A DNA stretch of 64,000 nucleotides from an uncultured Gammaproteobacteria bacterium (GCA_964515545.1 CAZERI010000004.1:24572-88571); one strand, 5' to 3'; numbered from the stretch's first letter, positions 30,330-41,012 are shown. Numbers and translations: made by a program. The notes: generated by a model not told the origin, from the sequence alone.

Positions 30330-31304
30330 ATGCCCACGACACAAAAAGATACATTACAAAAGAAATTTACGTCACAGGATATCCTCTCTCTCGACCAATT
30401 TGACACACCTACTCTTTACCATCTCTTTAACCATACCAAGAATCTTCAAGACCTCACCCAAAAGGGAGAAGTCTTAGATATACTAAAGGGTAGCTTAGCT
30501 GCCCTTATTTTTTATGAACCATCCAGTAGGACCTTTGGCTCTTTTGCAAGCGCAATCAAACGGCTTGGCGGACAGACTCTAGAATTCCAGAACCCTGCTT
30601 CTACATCATCTGTCGCTAAAGGAGAAACACTCGAGGATACTATCCGTACTCTTGAGGCATACTCCGATATTATTATTATTCGTCATCCAGAAAAAGGAGC
30701 AGCAAAAAAAGCAGCAGACGCTGCTTTTTTTGTACCTATTATCAATGCAGGAGATGGAATAGGAGAGCATCCTACTCAAGCACTTCTTGATCTTTACACC
30801 ATCTACCAGAAATTTGGCCGTCTTGATAATCTGACTATTCTCTTTGCTGGTGATTTGCTTAATGGGAGGACAGTCCACTCACTCTTACGAGGTCTCTCGC
30901 TCTTTAAGAACAATACTATCTATCTTCTTTCTCCAGAAATCCTCAAACTCCCTAAAGCAGATAAAGAATTATTTGAGGAAAGAGGATTAACGTTACTTGA
31001 AATCCACCACAGTAAAGATATGCCAATAGATGCAGATGTCTGGTACTGGACTCGTGTCCAAAAAGAACGTTTTGAAAATCTCAATGACTATGAAAAAGTA
31101 AAGCACTCTTTTATTGTTACCCCTTCCCTCATGAAGGAAAAAGCAAGCAAATCAATGATTCTCATGCACCCATTGCCTAGAGTCGGTGAGATTGAGACAA
31201 GCGTTGATGAGGATAAGAGGGCAGTATATTTTATGTCACAAATTAAGAATGGAATGTTCGTCAGAATGGCGCTTATTAGTCTTGTTTTAGGTAAATTGAA
31301 ATAA
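30330..31304 (+). CDS. pyrB: aspartate carbamoyltransferase catalytic subunit
   Basis: Carbamoyl-P binding SSRTFGSF, HPxxGxxE region, HPLPRV (ATCase rather than OTCase HCLP). Confidence 0.85.
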   Translation: MPTTQKDTLQKKFTSQDILSLDQFDTPTLYHLFNHTKNLQDLTQKGEVLDILKGSLAALIFYEPSSRTFGSFASAIKRLGGQTLEFQNPASTSSVAKGETLEDTIRTLEAYSDIIIIRHPEKGAAKKAADAAFFVPIINAGDGIGEHPTQALLDLYTIYQKFGRLDNLTILFAGDLLNGRTVHSLLRGLSLFKNNTIYLLSPEILKLPKADKELFEERGLTLLEIHHSKDMPIDADVWYWTRVQKERFENLNDYEKVKHSFIVTPSLMKEKASKSMILMHPLPRVGEIETSVDEDKRAVYFMSQIKNGMFVRMALISLVLGKLK

Positions 31305-31361
31305 TACGTCATTCGTAACTCTGTGGAATTATTCCCAGAAGTAGAATGGCTTTTTTTAAAT

Positions 31362-32438
31362 ATGAACGCAACACTTCAGCTCAAAGATGGTACTACCCTA
31401 GAAGCAGAGAGCTTCGGTGCACCAGTCTCTACAAGCGGAGAGGTAGTTTTTTCAACAGGAATGATGGGTTATCCGGAAGGGTTAACAGATCCATCTTTTA
31501 AAGGACAGCTTTTAGTTCTTACCTATCCTCTCATAGGCAATTATGGAGTACCTAATACTCATCTGTGGGAAGCAGACAGACTTATGGTTTCAGGTCTTAT
31601 TGTCAGTAATTACATAGATACACCTTCTCACTTCCAAAGCCAAAATTCATTAGCAAAATGGTTTAAGAATGAAAAACTGCCTCTTATCCAAATAAGAGAC
31701 ACAAGAGGATTAACGCAGCATATTCGTGAACGAGGATCTCTTTTGGGAAAAATAATTATTGATCAAAAAATAGACTACTATGATCCTAATAAAGAAAATC
31801 TTGTCGAACAAGTCTCCACAAAAGAGATAAGTTATCTTCCATCAAGTAATAAAAAAGCTAAAAAAATTCTTCTTCTTGATTGTGGAGCAAAAAGAAATAT
31901 CATTAACTCTCTCAGAAAAAGAGGGGTCTCAGTTATAATTGCTCCCTGGAACTTTGATCCATTCACACAGGAGGGTGAAGAGAGATTAGAAGAAGCTATC
32001 GGCACAAAGGAATTTGACGGACTTTTTATTTCCAATGGTCCTGGGGATCCTACCTTTGTTAATAAAACTATTACTACTATTAAAAAATCACTTGACCAGA
32101 AAAAGCCTACGATGGGAATTTGTCTTGGACATCAGCTTCTGACCTTAGCTGCAGGAGGAGGAACAACCAAGCTTAAATACGGCCACCGCAGCCAAAATCA
32201 GCCTTGCACCATGGAAGGATCTCCGAGGTGTTATATTACAACACAAAATCATGGTTTTGCTGCGAGCGATATTCCAAATAATTTTAAAAAATGGTTTACG
32301 AATGCTAATGACGGAACTAACGAAGGTATTATTCATACCAAACTGCCATTTATGTCAGTCCAGTTCCATCCAGAAGCTACTCCAGGACCATACGATACTG
32401 AATGGCTGTTTGATTATTATTTAGAAAAAGTACAATAG
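31362..32438 (+). CDS. carA: carbamoyl-phosphate synthase small (glutamine amidotransferase) subunit
   Basis: N-terminal CPSase small-chain domain (LQLKDGTTLEAESFGAP), GATase catalytic triad GICLGHQLL .. H .. E; conserved N-terminus begins at Met 31362 (track start 31323 likely too long). Confidence 0.9.
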   Translation: MNATLQLKDGTTLEAESFGAPVSTSGEVVFSTGMMGYPEGLTDPSFKGQLLVLTYPLIGNYGVPNTHLWEADRLMVSGLIVSNYIDTPSHFQSQNSLAKWFKNEKLPLIQIRDTRGLTQHIRERGSLLGKIIIDQKIDYYDPNKENLVEQVSTKEISYLPSSNKKAKKILLLDCGAKRNIINSLRKRGVSVIIAPWNFDPFTQEGEERLEEAIGTKEFDGLFISNGPGDPTFVNKTITTIKKSLDQKKPTMGICLGHQLLTLAAGGGTTKLKYGHRSQNQPCTMEGSPRCYITTQNHGFAASDIPNNFKKWFTNANDGTNEGIIHTKLPFMSVQFHPEATPGPYDTEWLFDYYLEKVQ

Positions 32439-32439
32439 T

Positions 32440-33087
32440 ATGGAACTAAAAGACGATTTTATCAGCAAAGAATCAATTATTGTCCCAAATCGTGAAATAC
32501 ATCTGGCAAATTTTGCTGATCTCAATGAATTTCTCAAAGCCAGAGAAGCATTATTTGAAAATAGACTGGCTTCTTTTTCTTTAGCAAGCAAACTTCGCCA
32601 TGGATGGCAGGAGATCAATTCTGAATACGGAATGGTGGATAAAAGGAGAGCAACACCTGAAAAAGGACTATTTACCGGATCAGGCTTATGCTCAGTAGCA
32701 TCCGAAGCAATAATTGATGGCTTGGCGGAATCAAAAGGGACCATCACTCTAAGCGCTATACAAATGCTGATTGATCCTTATGCAGAGAATTGGCAAATGA
32801 CATCAGATATGACCGTTCACCCTCACGTTGTTGTTAAGGCAGTCGATGAAGAAGGGGATATACGCTATATTGACCCAACCTATGCACAGATTGATCACAC
32901 TATGGCGGGAAGAATTGTCGTGAGCGATCAGACACAATTTAATAAACGCTATACTATCCAACCCCTTTCACCTCGTCAGCCTGTCATCGACGTAACAGAA
33001 GGACTTAAAGAGACTCTGCAAAAAGCTTTTGAAATGAAAAGATTTTCTCAAGAGAAATACCAGCAAATAGTTCAATCGTTACAGTGA
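32440..33087 (+). CDS. hypothetical protein inserted between carA and carB
   Basis: 215-aa ORF tightly packed (2 nt after carA stop, 4-nt overlap with carB); no recognisable family; Cys (GSGLCSVASEA) and later His (DHTMAGR) could form a Cys-His dyad - speculative. Confidence 0.45.
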   Translation: MELKDDFISKESIIVPNREIHLANFADLNEFLKAREALFENRLASFSLASKLRHGWQEINSEYGMVDKRRATPEKGLFTGSGLCSVASEAIIDGLAESKGTITLSAIQMLIDPYAENWQMTSDMTVHPHVVVKAVDEEGDIRYIDPTYAQIDHTMAGRIVVSDQTQFNKRYTIQPLSPRQPVIDVTEGLKETLQKAFEMKRFSQEKYQQIVQSLQ

Positions 33088-36000
33088 TTATGAAAATAAA
33101 AAAAGTATTAGTCCTGGGTTCAGGAGCGTTAAAAATAGGCGAAGCAGGAGAATTTGATTATTCAGGATCTCAAGCCATTAAAGCGCTTAAAGAAGAGGGA
33201 ATAGAAGTAGTTCTTGTCAATCCAAATATAGCTACTATCCAGACCTCAAAGCTTCTTGCAGATCGGGTTTATTTTTTACCAGTTAATCCATATTTTGTTG
33301 AGAGAGTCATTGAAAAGGAACGCCCTGATAGTATTTTTCTTTCATTTGGAGGACAGACAGCACTTAACTGTGGCCTCGAACTTAACGACTTGGGAATCCT
33401 TAAGAAATACAATGTAGCAGTTCTCGGGACACCTGTCTCAACAATCGAGCTGACTGAAGATCGGAAAGCATTTGCTAATCATCTTCATAAACTTGCTATC
33501 AGTACTCCACTCAGTAGACCTGCCTACAGCACCAAAGAGGCTCTCAGGATTGCAAAAGAACTCAGCTATCCCGTCATGATAAGATCAGGATTTTCTCTTG
33601 GAGGACAAGGATCCGGAATCGCAAGTAATGAACAAGAACTAAAAAAAATTGCAGATCATGCTTTTTCCTTTGTAAAACAAATTTTGGTTGAGCAATACCT
33701 TCATCACTATAAAGAGGTTGAATATGAAGTCGTAAGAGACCAATTCGATAACTGCGTCACTGTCTGCAATATGGAAAATATGGACCCCTTGGGTATCCAT
33801 ACAGGCGAGTCAATTGTAATAGCACCAAGCCAGACTCTTACCAATTTTGAATATCACTCTCTCCGTTCAATTGCAATAAAAATTGTTAGAAGCTTGGGGG
33901 TAGTTGGAGAATGTAATGTCCAATTTGCGCTTAATCCTCATCCACACAAGCATGATGGTACCATGGCTGATTTTGAGTATTATGTTATTGAGATGAATGC
34001 ACGCCTCTCACGAAGCAGTGCACTTGCCAGTAAAGCAACCGGCTATCCGCTGGCGTATGTTGCAGCTAAACTTGCGCTCGGTAAAAACTTAACTGAACTT
34101 ACTAATAAAGTAACCCAAACTACCCAATTTTGTTTTGAACCTGCCCTTGATTATTTAACAGTGAAAATTCCCCGGTGGGATCTTAATAAATTCAAAAAAG
34201 CCGAAAATACTATTGGAAGCAGTATGAAATCAGTAGGAGAGGTAATGGGTATTGGCAGAACATTTGAGGAAGCATACCAAAAAGCCATTCGTATGCTTGA
34301 TTTAGATTTTGAAGGAACAGTCAACGAATCACTTTTCAAAGGGCTAACTAAAAAAGAGATTAAAGAAAAACTTAAAAGGCCCACCCCTAACCGCATGTTT
34401 GCATTAGCCCAGGCTCTTCTTATCGGGCTAACGGTAGATGAGATTTATGAGTTAACAGGTATTGATCCATGGTTTCTTTACCGAATAAAAAATATTGTAG
34501 ACCAGGAAAAAAAGCTTGCGAAAACTAAAAGATTATCCAAAAAACCGTTACAAGAACTCAAACAAATTGGTGTATCAGATAAAAGAATAGGATCACTTAT
34601 CGGCAAATCAGGACTTGAAGTCCGCGAGATCAGAAAACAACTAAAAGTTGTACCAAGTATTTTCCAGATCGATACTCTAGCAGGAGAATTCCCAGCCCAA
34701 ACAAATTATCTTTATCTTACCTACAATGGATCTCACAATGACGTTAAGCCTCTTAAAGATAAAGGAGTTATTGTTCTAGGTAGTGGACCTTACCGGATAG
34801 GATCATCTGTAGAATTTGACTGGACGAGTGTCAGTACAGTCCGACGCCTTAAAACGCATAATAAAGATGCTATTGTTATTAATTGTAACCCTGAGACTGT
34901 CTCAACAGATTATGATATTTCTGATAGGCTGTATTTTGAAGAACTAACTTTTGAAAGGATTGCTGATATTTATGATTTTGAGAAATCCTTTGGAATAATT
35001 GTCTCGATGGGAGGACAGACTCCCAATAACAGAGCTAAAGCATTAAAAGCATATGGGGCGTCCCTTTTAGGAACAGACCCAGATAATATTGACAGAGCAG
35101 AGAATAGGACACGATTCTCAGCCCTGCTTGATGAACTCCAGATCACCCAACCGCCATGGGATAGTCTCACAACTATTCCTAAAGCCATGCAATTTGCTAA
35201 AAAGGTAGGATTTCCTGTTCTTATCAGGCCTTCTTATGTCCTATCTGGACAAAGTATGAAAATCTGTCACTCCGAAAAAGAATTATCTGACTTCTTAGGC
35301 GAAGTAGCCAGTATCTCCCAAGAGTATCCTGTAACTATCTCAAAATTTATTGAAGAAGCAAAAGAAATTGAGGTGGATTGTGTAGCAGAGAGAGGAATCG
35401 TTAAGGCACTCGTAGTCTCTGAACACATAGAGCATGCTGGTGTCCATTCAGGAGATGCAACTGTCTCTCATCCGGCGCAGAGAATGTATATGGAAACTCT
35501 CCGAAAAATCCGCATCCTCACCAAGTCTGTAGCCCAAGCTCTCGACATTACTGGACCATTTAATATCCAATGTCTCGCCAAAGACAATAATGTAGCTATT
35601 ATTGAAATTAATTTACGTGCATCCCGCACCTTTCCTTTTATCTCAAAAGTTATTGGTACCAACCTTATTGAAATGGCAACTGATGCTTTCTTTGGCAAGA
35701 ATATTCCACGTCTTAATGGACAGGTCTCAGACCTCGACTTCGTTGCTGTTAAAACTGCTCAATTTTCCTTTGCCCGTATTGCAGGAGCAGACCCAACTCT
35801 AGGAGTTGAGATGGCCTCAACAGGAGAGGTAGCCTGCTTTGGAGACGATGTTGAAGAGGCATTTTTAAAAGCAGAACTCAGTGTTGGAGTAAAAATACCA
35901 CAAAAAGGAATTTTCATTAGTATAGGAGGAGAGACAAATAAATATAAATTCTTAGAACAGGCTATCACTTATCTTTTTGCGATAGATCTTCCTCTTTTTG

Positions 36001-36308
36001 CTACTGAAAAGACAGCCCGTTTCTTACGAAAACATGGGCTATCTGCTAAACGCTTATACAAAATTTATGAAGACAAAAGCCCTGATGTGATCGATTATTT
36101 TAGAAATGGTAAGATAGACTTAGTTATCAATATCCCGGACCAGGACGTCGAACAGGATATCAATGATGGGTATATGATACGCCGTGCTGCTATAGATAAT
36201 AACTTGGCTGTCTTTACTAATCAGCAAAAAGCAATTCTTTTCCTAAAGGCAATCACAGAGAAAAAAATTGAGACGCTCCCAATAAAAGCATGGGACGAAT
36301 ATAAATAA
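33084..36308 (+). CDS. carB: carbamoyl-phosphate synthase large subunit
   Basis: Two ATP-grasp halves, oligomerisation domain, MGS-like C-terminus; 1074 aa. Confidence 0.95.
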   Translation: MIMKIKKVLVLGSGALKIGEAGEFDYSGSQAIKALKEEGIEVVLVNPNIATIQTSKLLADRVYFLPVNPYFVERVIEKERPDSIFLSFGGQTALNCGLELNDLGILKKYNVAVLGTPVSTIELTEDRKAFANHLHKLAISTPLSRPAYSTKEALRIAKELSYPVMIRSGFSLGGQGSGIASNEQELKKIADHAFSFVKQILVEQYLHHYKEVEYEVVRDQFDNCVTVCNMENMDPLGIHTGESIVIAPSQTLTNFEYHSLRSIAIKIVRSLGVVGECNVQFALNPHPHKHDGTMADFEYYVIEMNARLSRSSALASKATGYPLAYVAAKLALGKNLTELTNKVTQTTQFCFEPALDYLTVKIPRWDLNKFKKAENTIGSSMKSVGEVMGIGRTFEEAYQKAIRMLDLDFEGTVNESLFKGLTKKEIKEKLKRPTPNRMFALAQALLIGLTVDEIYELTGIDPWFLYRIKNIVDQEKKLAKTKRLSKKPLQELKQIGVSDKRIGSLIGKSGLEVREIRKQLKVVPSIFQIDTLAGEFPAQTNYLYLTYNGSHNDVKPLKDKGVIVLGSGPYRIGSSVEFDWTSVSTVRRLKTHNKDAIVINCNPETVSTDYDISDRLYFEELTFERIADIYDFEKSFGIIVSMGGQTPNNRAKALKAYGASLLGTDPDNIDRAENRTRFSALLDELQITQPPWDSLTTIPKAMQFAKKVGFPVLIRPSYVLSGQSMKICHSEKELSDFLGEVASISQEYPVTISKFIEEAKEIEVDCVAERGIVKALVVSEHIEHAGVHSGDATVSHPAQRMYMETLRKIRILTKSVAQALDITGPFNIQCLAKDNNVAIIEINLRASRTFPFISKVIGTNLIEMATDAFFGKNIPRLNGQVSDLDFVAVKTAQFSFARIAGADPTLGVEMASTGEVACFGDDVEEAFLKAELSVGVKIPQKGIFISIGGETNKYKFLEQAITYLFAIDLPLFATEKTARFLRKHGLSAKRLYKIYEDKSPDVIDYFRNGKIDLVINIPDQDVEQDINDGYMIRRAAIDNNLAVFTNQQKAILFLKAITEKKIETLPIKAWDEYK

Positions 36309-36311
36309 TAT

Positions 36312-37373
36312 ATGAATATTATTAAACTTCCAGGATTTATTGATCCACATGTCCACTTGAGGACACCTGGACAAGAAGTCAAAGAAGACTTCTTCACAGG
36401 GACTTCTGCTGCATTAGCAGGAGGTTTTACAGCAGTAATCGACATGCCAAATAATAAAGTACCGATTACATCTCTTACAAAACTGCAGGAAAAGGAAGCG
36501 CTTGCACAGGATCAGATTGTCAGCGATATCGGCTTTTACTTCGGGACATTGGGAGATAACCTGGATGAATTCGATCGGATTTTAACAGAGGGTAGGGGAG
36601 TCAAGGGGCTGAAAATTTACCTTAACCAAACCACTGGTAATTTCCTGCTAAATAAAAAACACTTAGCAGAGATTGTAAAAAGATGGCCGGAAGAGTTGCC
36701 AATACTTTTTCACGCGGAAGGGAAGACCTTTGATGATGTTTTGGAGGTCGTCAGAAATTACCCGCGTAAAATTCATCTTTGTCATTTAAGCACTAGATAC
36801 GAACTAAAGTTAGTAATCGCTGCCAAGGAAGCAGGGTTACCCGTAACCTGCGGAGTGACTCCACATCACCTCTTTTTAAATGAAAAGCATTTTAATGAAT
36901 ATGGGGCCTTTGCGATGATGCGTCCACCGCTGATGCCACAGGAAGATGTCGATTTCCTCTGGGATCATATTGATAGTATCGATCTTATCGAGTCGGACCA
37001 TGCACCGCACACACTTGAAGAGAAACACTCCGATACACCGCCGAATGGTATACCTGGCTTAGAAACTACTCTCCCTTTACTTCTTACAGCAGTCTCACAA
37101 AAAGCTCTTACTATAGAGGATGTTGTAAGACTTTGTCATAGCGGACCCAAAGAAATCTTTGCTATTGATCAGGGAAAAGACACCTATATTGAAGTTGATA
37201 TGGATGAAGATTATGTAATCGATCAGACAAAAATGTTCTCCAAAGGTAAATGGACGCCTTTTAATGGGTGGAAAATGAAAGGAAGACTTAAGAAAACAAT
37301 TCTTAGAGGCACTACTGTTTTTGCAGATGAAAAAATAGTAGTACCCCCAGGATCCGGACAAATTCTCCCTTAA
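36312..37373 (+). CDS. pyrC: dihydroorotase (amidohydrolase family)
   Basis: Metal-binding DPHVHLR near N-terminus, later HAE.., D..DHAPH; completes pyrB-carAB-pyrC cluster. Confidence 0.8.
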   Translation: MNIIKLPGFIDPHVHLRTPGQEVKEDFFTGTSAALAGGFTAVIDMPNNKVPITSLTKLQEKEALAQDQIVSDIGFYFGTLGDNLDEFDRILTEGRGVKGLKIYLNQTTGNFLLNKKHLAEIVKRWPEELPILFHAEGKTFDDVLEVVRNYPRKIHLCHLSTRYELKLVIAAKEAGLPVTCGVTPHHLFLNEKHFNEYGAFAMMRPPLMPQEDVDFLWDHIDSIDLIESDHAPHTLEEKHSDTPPNGIPGLETTLPLLLTAVSQKALTIEDVVRLCHSGPKEIFAIDQGKDTYIEVDMDEDYVIDQTKMFSKGKWTPFNGWKMKGRLKKTILRGTTVFADEKIVVPPGSGQILP

Positions 37374-37392
37374 TCCATGCTACTATTCTTAT

Positions 37393-38163
37393 ATGGCTAG
37401 TTCAAAATCAGCAATAATTGAAGTTAAAAATTTAGTTAAAAAATTTGGGGATTTTACTGCTGTTGATGGAGTATCTTTTGAAGTAGAAAAAGGAGAAATA
37501 TTCGGAATTTTAGGTCCAAATGGAGCAGGGAAGACAACTACACTGGAAATTATTGAGACACTCCAGAAACAGACTGAGGGGCAAGTACTTGTTGATGGAG
37601 TAGACACTCTTGTCCATCCCTGGGAAGTCAAATCCCGTATTGGGGTACAGCTCCAATCTTCCAATTTTTATCCTCAGCTTACGCTTATTGAGCTCCTAAA
37701 AATGTTTGGTGCAATGTATGATGTGGATGTGGACCCTATGGCTATGCTGAAAAAAGTTCAGCTTGAAGATAAAGCAAAAAGCTTTATCGATAAGCTGTCT
37801 GGTGGCCAAAAACAACGGTTTTCGATCGTCTCAACACTAGTTAATAATCCCCGCGTCATCTTCCTAGATGAACCAACCACAGGCCTTGATCCGCAAGCAC
37901 GTATTAATCTTTGGGAAATGATTGAGGATATCAAAAAATCTGGAACGACATTAGTCCTTACGACTCATTATATGGATGAAGCAGAAAAGCTCTGTGATAG
38001 ACTGGCTATTATGGATCATGGAAAGATCATAAAAATTGGAACTCCCAAGAAACTTATCGCAGAACTCCTAGCTACGGGCTTTAAAAAAGAAGTTAAACCA
38101 CAACCAGCCACACTCGAGGATGTTTTTATTCATCTAACCGGAAGTCATCTCAGAGACGAATAA
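37393..38163 (+). CDS. ABC transporter ATP-binding protein (ABC-2 exporter type)
   Basis: Walker A GPNGAGKTTT, signature LSGGQKQR, Walker B IFLDEPTTGLD. Confidence 0.9.
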   Translation: MASSKSAIIEVKNLVKKFGDFTAVDGVSFEVEKGEIFGILGPNGAGKTTTLEIIETLQKQTEGQVLVDGVDTLVHPWEVKSRIGVQLQSSNFYPQLTLIELLKMFGAMYDVDVDPMAMLKKVQLEDKAKSFIDKLSGGQKQRFSIVSTLVNNPRVIFLDEPTTGLDPQARINLWEMIEDIKKSGTTLVLTTHYMDEAEKLCDRLAIMDHGKIIKIGTPKKLIAELLATGFKKEVKPQPATLEDVFIHLTGSHLRDE

Positions 38164-38166
38164 CCT

Positions 38167-39261
38167 ATGAGCAGAGAAAATAAGAAACCAGGACAATGGA
38201 AAGCCTACCTCATGATCGCATGGTATGCTTTTCGTGCTCAGACTCGTAATCCAGCGACGTTTGCTTTTGGGTTTATTTTCCCAATTGCATTCATTAGTAT
38301 TTTTGGCCTTATTGGTAATAATGCGGAGCGAGTTTCCATAGGAATTCCCCAAAATCAGCCTCCAACTGTTATTGAACAGACTCTTAAAAAGCTTGATTTC
38401 ATTACCCTTAAATCTGAAAATGAAGAAAATCTATCAAACTTACTCAAGATAGGGAAATTAGGCGGTATTATCAAAGTACTCCAAACAGACTCCAATACCT
38501 ATGAAGCTACCCTCATTACCTCCTCAGCCAATCCTATCCAGGCCAGTGAAGTGAAAGGGGTAATCCAAGGAGTTGTAGATAAGGCTAACCTTAGCCTCAG
38601 TGGGATTACAACACCGCCTATCAATTTAACTCAGAAAGAAGTTGCAGGACATCCGTATAGATATATTGACTTTGCTGTTCCAGGACAAATTGGCTTTGCC
38701 CTGCTATCTACTGCTATTATGGGGACTGTCTTTGGTTTAATTTATCTTAAAAAAGCACTTATTCTCAAAAGAATGTTTGCTACACCAACCAAAGCATTAA
38801 CTATTCTATTAGCTCAGGGAACAAGTAGGCTCATCATGGGACTTATCCAGACTGTTCTTATTTTGGGAGTAGCAGTCCTTCTTTTCCACTTCTACCTGCC
38901 TCATGGCTGGATTACCTTTATTAATCTTATGCTCATTTCTATATTTGGTTTAATCTCTTTCTTAGGTTTTGGATATTTTATTGCAGGCAGAGTAAACGAT
39001 GAAAATGCTGCCAGCCCTCTGACAAATATTGTTACTTTGCCTCAATTCTTACTCAGTGGTGTTTTCTTTTCAACGGATTCCCTTCCTAGCTGGGTTCAGC
39101 CTCTCGCCAATAATCTACCTCTATCCTATTTCAACCATGCTATTCGTATGGTCACAACAGAAGGTGCACCTCTTACAGCTACTTTTCCTTATCTCTTAGG
39201 TCTGGCTATCTGGGGCATTGCAATGTATTTACTCGCTGCCCGTACCTTTAAATGGCAATAA
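38167..39261 (+). CDS. ABC-2 family transporter permease
   Basis: 6 TM, large first extracytoplasmic loop, paired with upstream ABC ATPase. Confidence 0.8.
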   Translation: MSRENKKPGQWKAYLMIAWYAFRAQTRNPATFAFGFIFPIAFISIFGLIGNNAERVSIGIPQNQPPTVIEQTLKKLDFITLKSENEENLSNLLKIGKLGGIIKVLQTDSNTYEATLITSSANPIQASEVKGVIQGVVDKANLSLSGITTPPINLTQKEVAGHPYRYIDFAVPGQIGFALLSTAIMGTVFGLIYLKKALILKRMFATPTKALTILLAQGTSRLIMGLIQTVLILGVAVLLFHFYLPHGWITFINLMLISIFGLISFLGFGYFIAGRVNDENAASPLTNIVTLPQFLLSGVFFSTDSLPSWVQPLANNLPLSYFNHAIRMVTTEGAPLTATFPYLLGLAIWGIAMYLLAARTFKWQ

Positions 39262-39300
39262 TTAATTGTAATTTAAAATTCACTATTGTATTATTGAGTT

Positions 39301-40062
39301 ATGCCTTCTCTTCTTGATCGTCTTAAAGTTCCAGTTCTCACGGTATTTATTTCCCTTCTTCTCTTCTTCGGATTTATTAAGCTTTTGGGGCCAATTCCAT
39401 TCACCATAAATAGCATTAATACCGAAAAATCAGATATGTTTACTGTCGATGGAAAAGGGGAAGCAGTAGGCAAACCCGATACAGCTCAGTTCACAGTAGG
39501 TGTAACTAAAACTGGAGCCTCAGTTGAAGAAACTCAAAGTCAAACTAATACAGCAGTTAATAAAGTAATCGCTTCCCTTAAGGAACAGGGGATAGAGGAG
39601 AAGGATATTACAACTGATGATTATAGTGTGAATCCTAATGTAGACTTTTCTACAGGCAGCCAAAGGACAAATGGTTATACAGTAAGTACTACTATTACTG
39701 TTAAAATTAAAGATGCAAATAAAGCTAATGCAGCTTTAGATGCAGCTACTAAAAGCGGAGCAAATATTGTCAATGGCATCTCCTTTACAGTTAATGATGA
39801 GGAACAAAAAACCCTTGAAGATCAAGCACGAGCAGATGCCATTAAAGAAGCTAAAGAGCAGGCAGTAAAAATCAGTAAGCAAGCCGGAATTCGTCTAGGC
39901 AGAGTTACTAATATTGTGGTGAATCCTACGACTCCTGGACCTATAATGTATGATAAAGCGATGAACTCAGCAGGCGAGACAGCTCCGAGTGACGCGACTC
40001 AACTTCAGCCTGGGGAAAACAAAATCACTGTTACGGTTACTCTTTACTACGAAACCCTCTAG
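39301..40062 (+). CDS. SIMPL domain (DUF541) protein
   Basis: N-terminal TM/signal anchor, then FTVDGKGEAVGKPDTAQFTVGV.. typical of SIMPL / 26-kDa periplasmic immunogenic protein family. Confidence 0.7.
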   Translation: MPSLLDRLKVPVLTVFISLLLFFGFIKLLGPIPFTINSINTEKSDMFTVDGKGEAVGKPDTAQFTVGVTKTGASVEETQSQTNTAVNKVIASLKEQGIEEKDITTDDYSVNPNVDFSTGSQRTNGYTVSTTITVKIKDANKANAALDAATKSGANIVNGISFTVNDEEQKTLEDQARADAIKEAKEQAVKISKQAGIRLGRVTNIVVNPTTPGPIMYDKAMNSAGETAPSDATQLQPGENKITVTVTLYYETL

Positions 40063-41012
40063 TCAGTTTTTTCTGATTTTCTTCCCGAGTTTCCGCTATG
40101 GAAATTATTGTGAACATCACGAAGCTGTTTGTTCGTAATGTGAGTATAGATTTGCGTTGTAGCAATATTTTTATGCCCTAACATCTCCTGGACTGACCTA
40201 ATATCAGCCCCATTCGTAAGAAGATCTGTAGCAAAAGAATGACGGAGTGTATGGACACTCGCGTCCACTGGCAAACGAGCAGCTCGAACGTATTTCTTAA
40301 CAACTCGCTCAACACTCCGAGCAGTAAGCCTCATTTTTTCACCTTCATCCAGATCAATTTCTGATCCTGAATATCTAATAAAAAGTGGCTTATAGGTATC
40401 TCTCCGTGCAGTCAAATAGCGAGCTATCCAGTCAGCAGCCCGTTGTGAGATAAAGACGATACGTGATTTTTTCCCTTTTCCTATAACTCCAAATTCTCGT
40501 CTATCAAGATTTATCTGCTCATGATTAAGGCTTACCAGTTCAGAGACGCGCAGTCCGGTAGAAAAAAGGAGCTCAAGGATAGCTCGATCTCTCAGACCGT
40601 CAATTTTAGATGTATCAGGCATCATAACAAGTCTTTCAACTTGCTCTTTTTCCAAAAATTTCAAGCTCCTGCTCTCTGTTTTGGGGAGATCAATTTTTGA
40701 GGGCTCTAAGGTAGCAATATCATTTTTTATAAGGTATCTAAGAAAAGATCTCAGAGCGATGACGTAATAATTCTGAGTAACTTTTTTAAGATTTTGCCCA
40801 TGACTATCAGTCTTATTGGCTAAAAAAACCCTATATTTTCGTATATTGTCCAAGCTCAGCTTCTCAATAGGCTGTTGCGGATGATTGGAAGAATACCAGT
40901 TCAGAAAAGTCTCTAAGTAGTGCTGGTAATCCCGTATTGTTAGCTTAGAACTATTCTTCTCAATTTCTAGGTATTCTAAAAATTGTTCGACTAATTGGGG
41001 GAGGGCAGCCAT
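40059..41012 (-). CDS. xerC: tyrosine recombinase XerC/XerD family
   Basis: N-terminal SAM-like core-binding domain, catalytic R..HTLRHSFATDLL..GHKNIATTQIYTH (RHRY motif with Tyr). Confidence 0.85.
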   Translation of the reverse strand: MAALPQLVEQFLEYLEIEKNSSKLTIRDYQHYLETFLNWYSSNHPQQPIEKLSLDNIRKYRVFLANKTDSHGQNLKKVTQNYYVIALRSFLRYLIKNDIATLEPSKIDLPKTESRSLKFLEKEQVERLVMMPDTSKIDGLRDRAILELLFSTGLRVSELVSLNHEQINLDRREFGVIGKGKKSRIVFISQRAADWIARYLTARRDTYKPLFIRYSGSEIDLDEGEKMRLTARSVERVVKKYVRAARLPVDASVHTLRHSFATDLLTNGADIRSVQEMLGHKNIATTQIYTHITNKQLRDVHNNFHSGNSGRKSEKTD

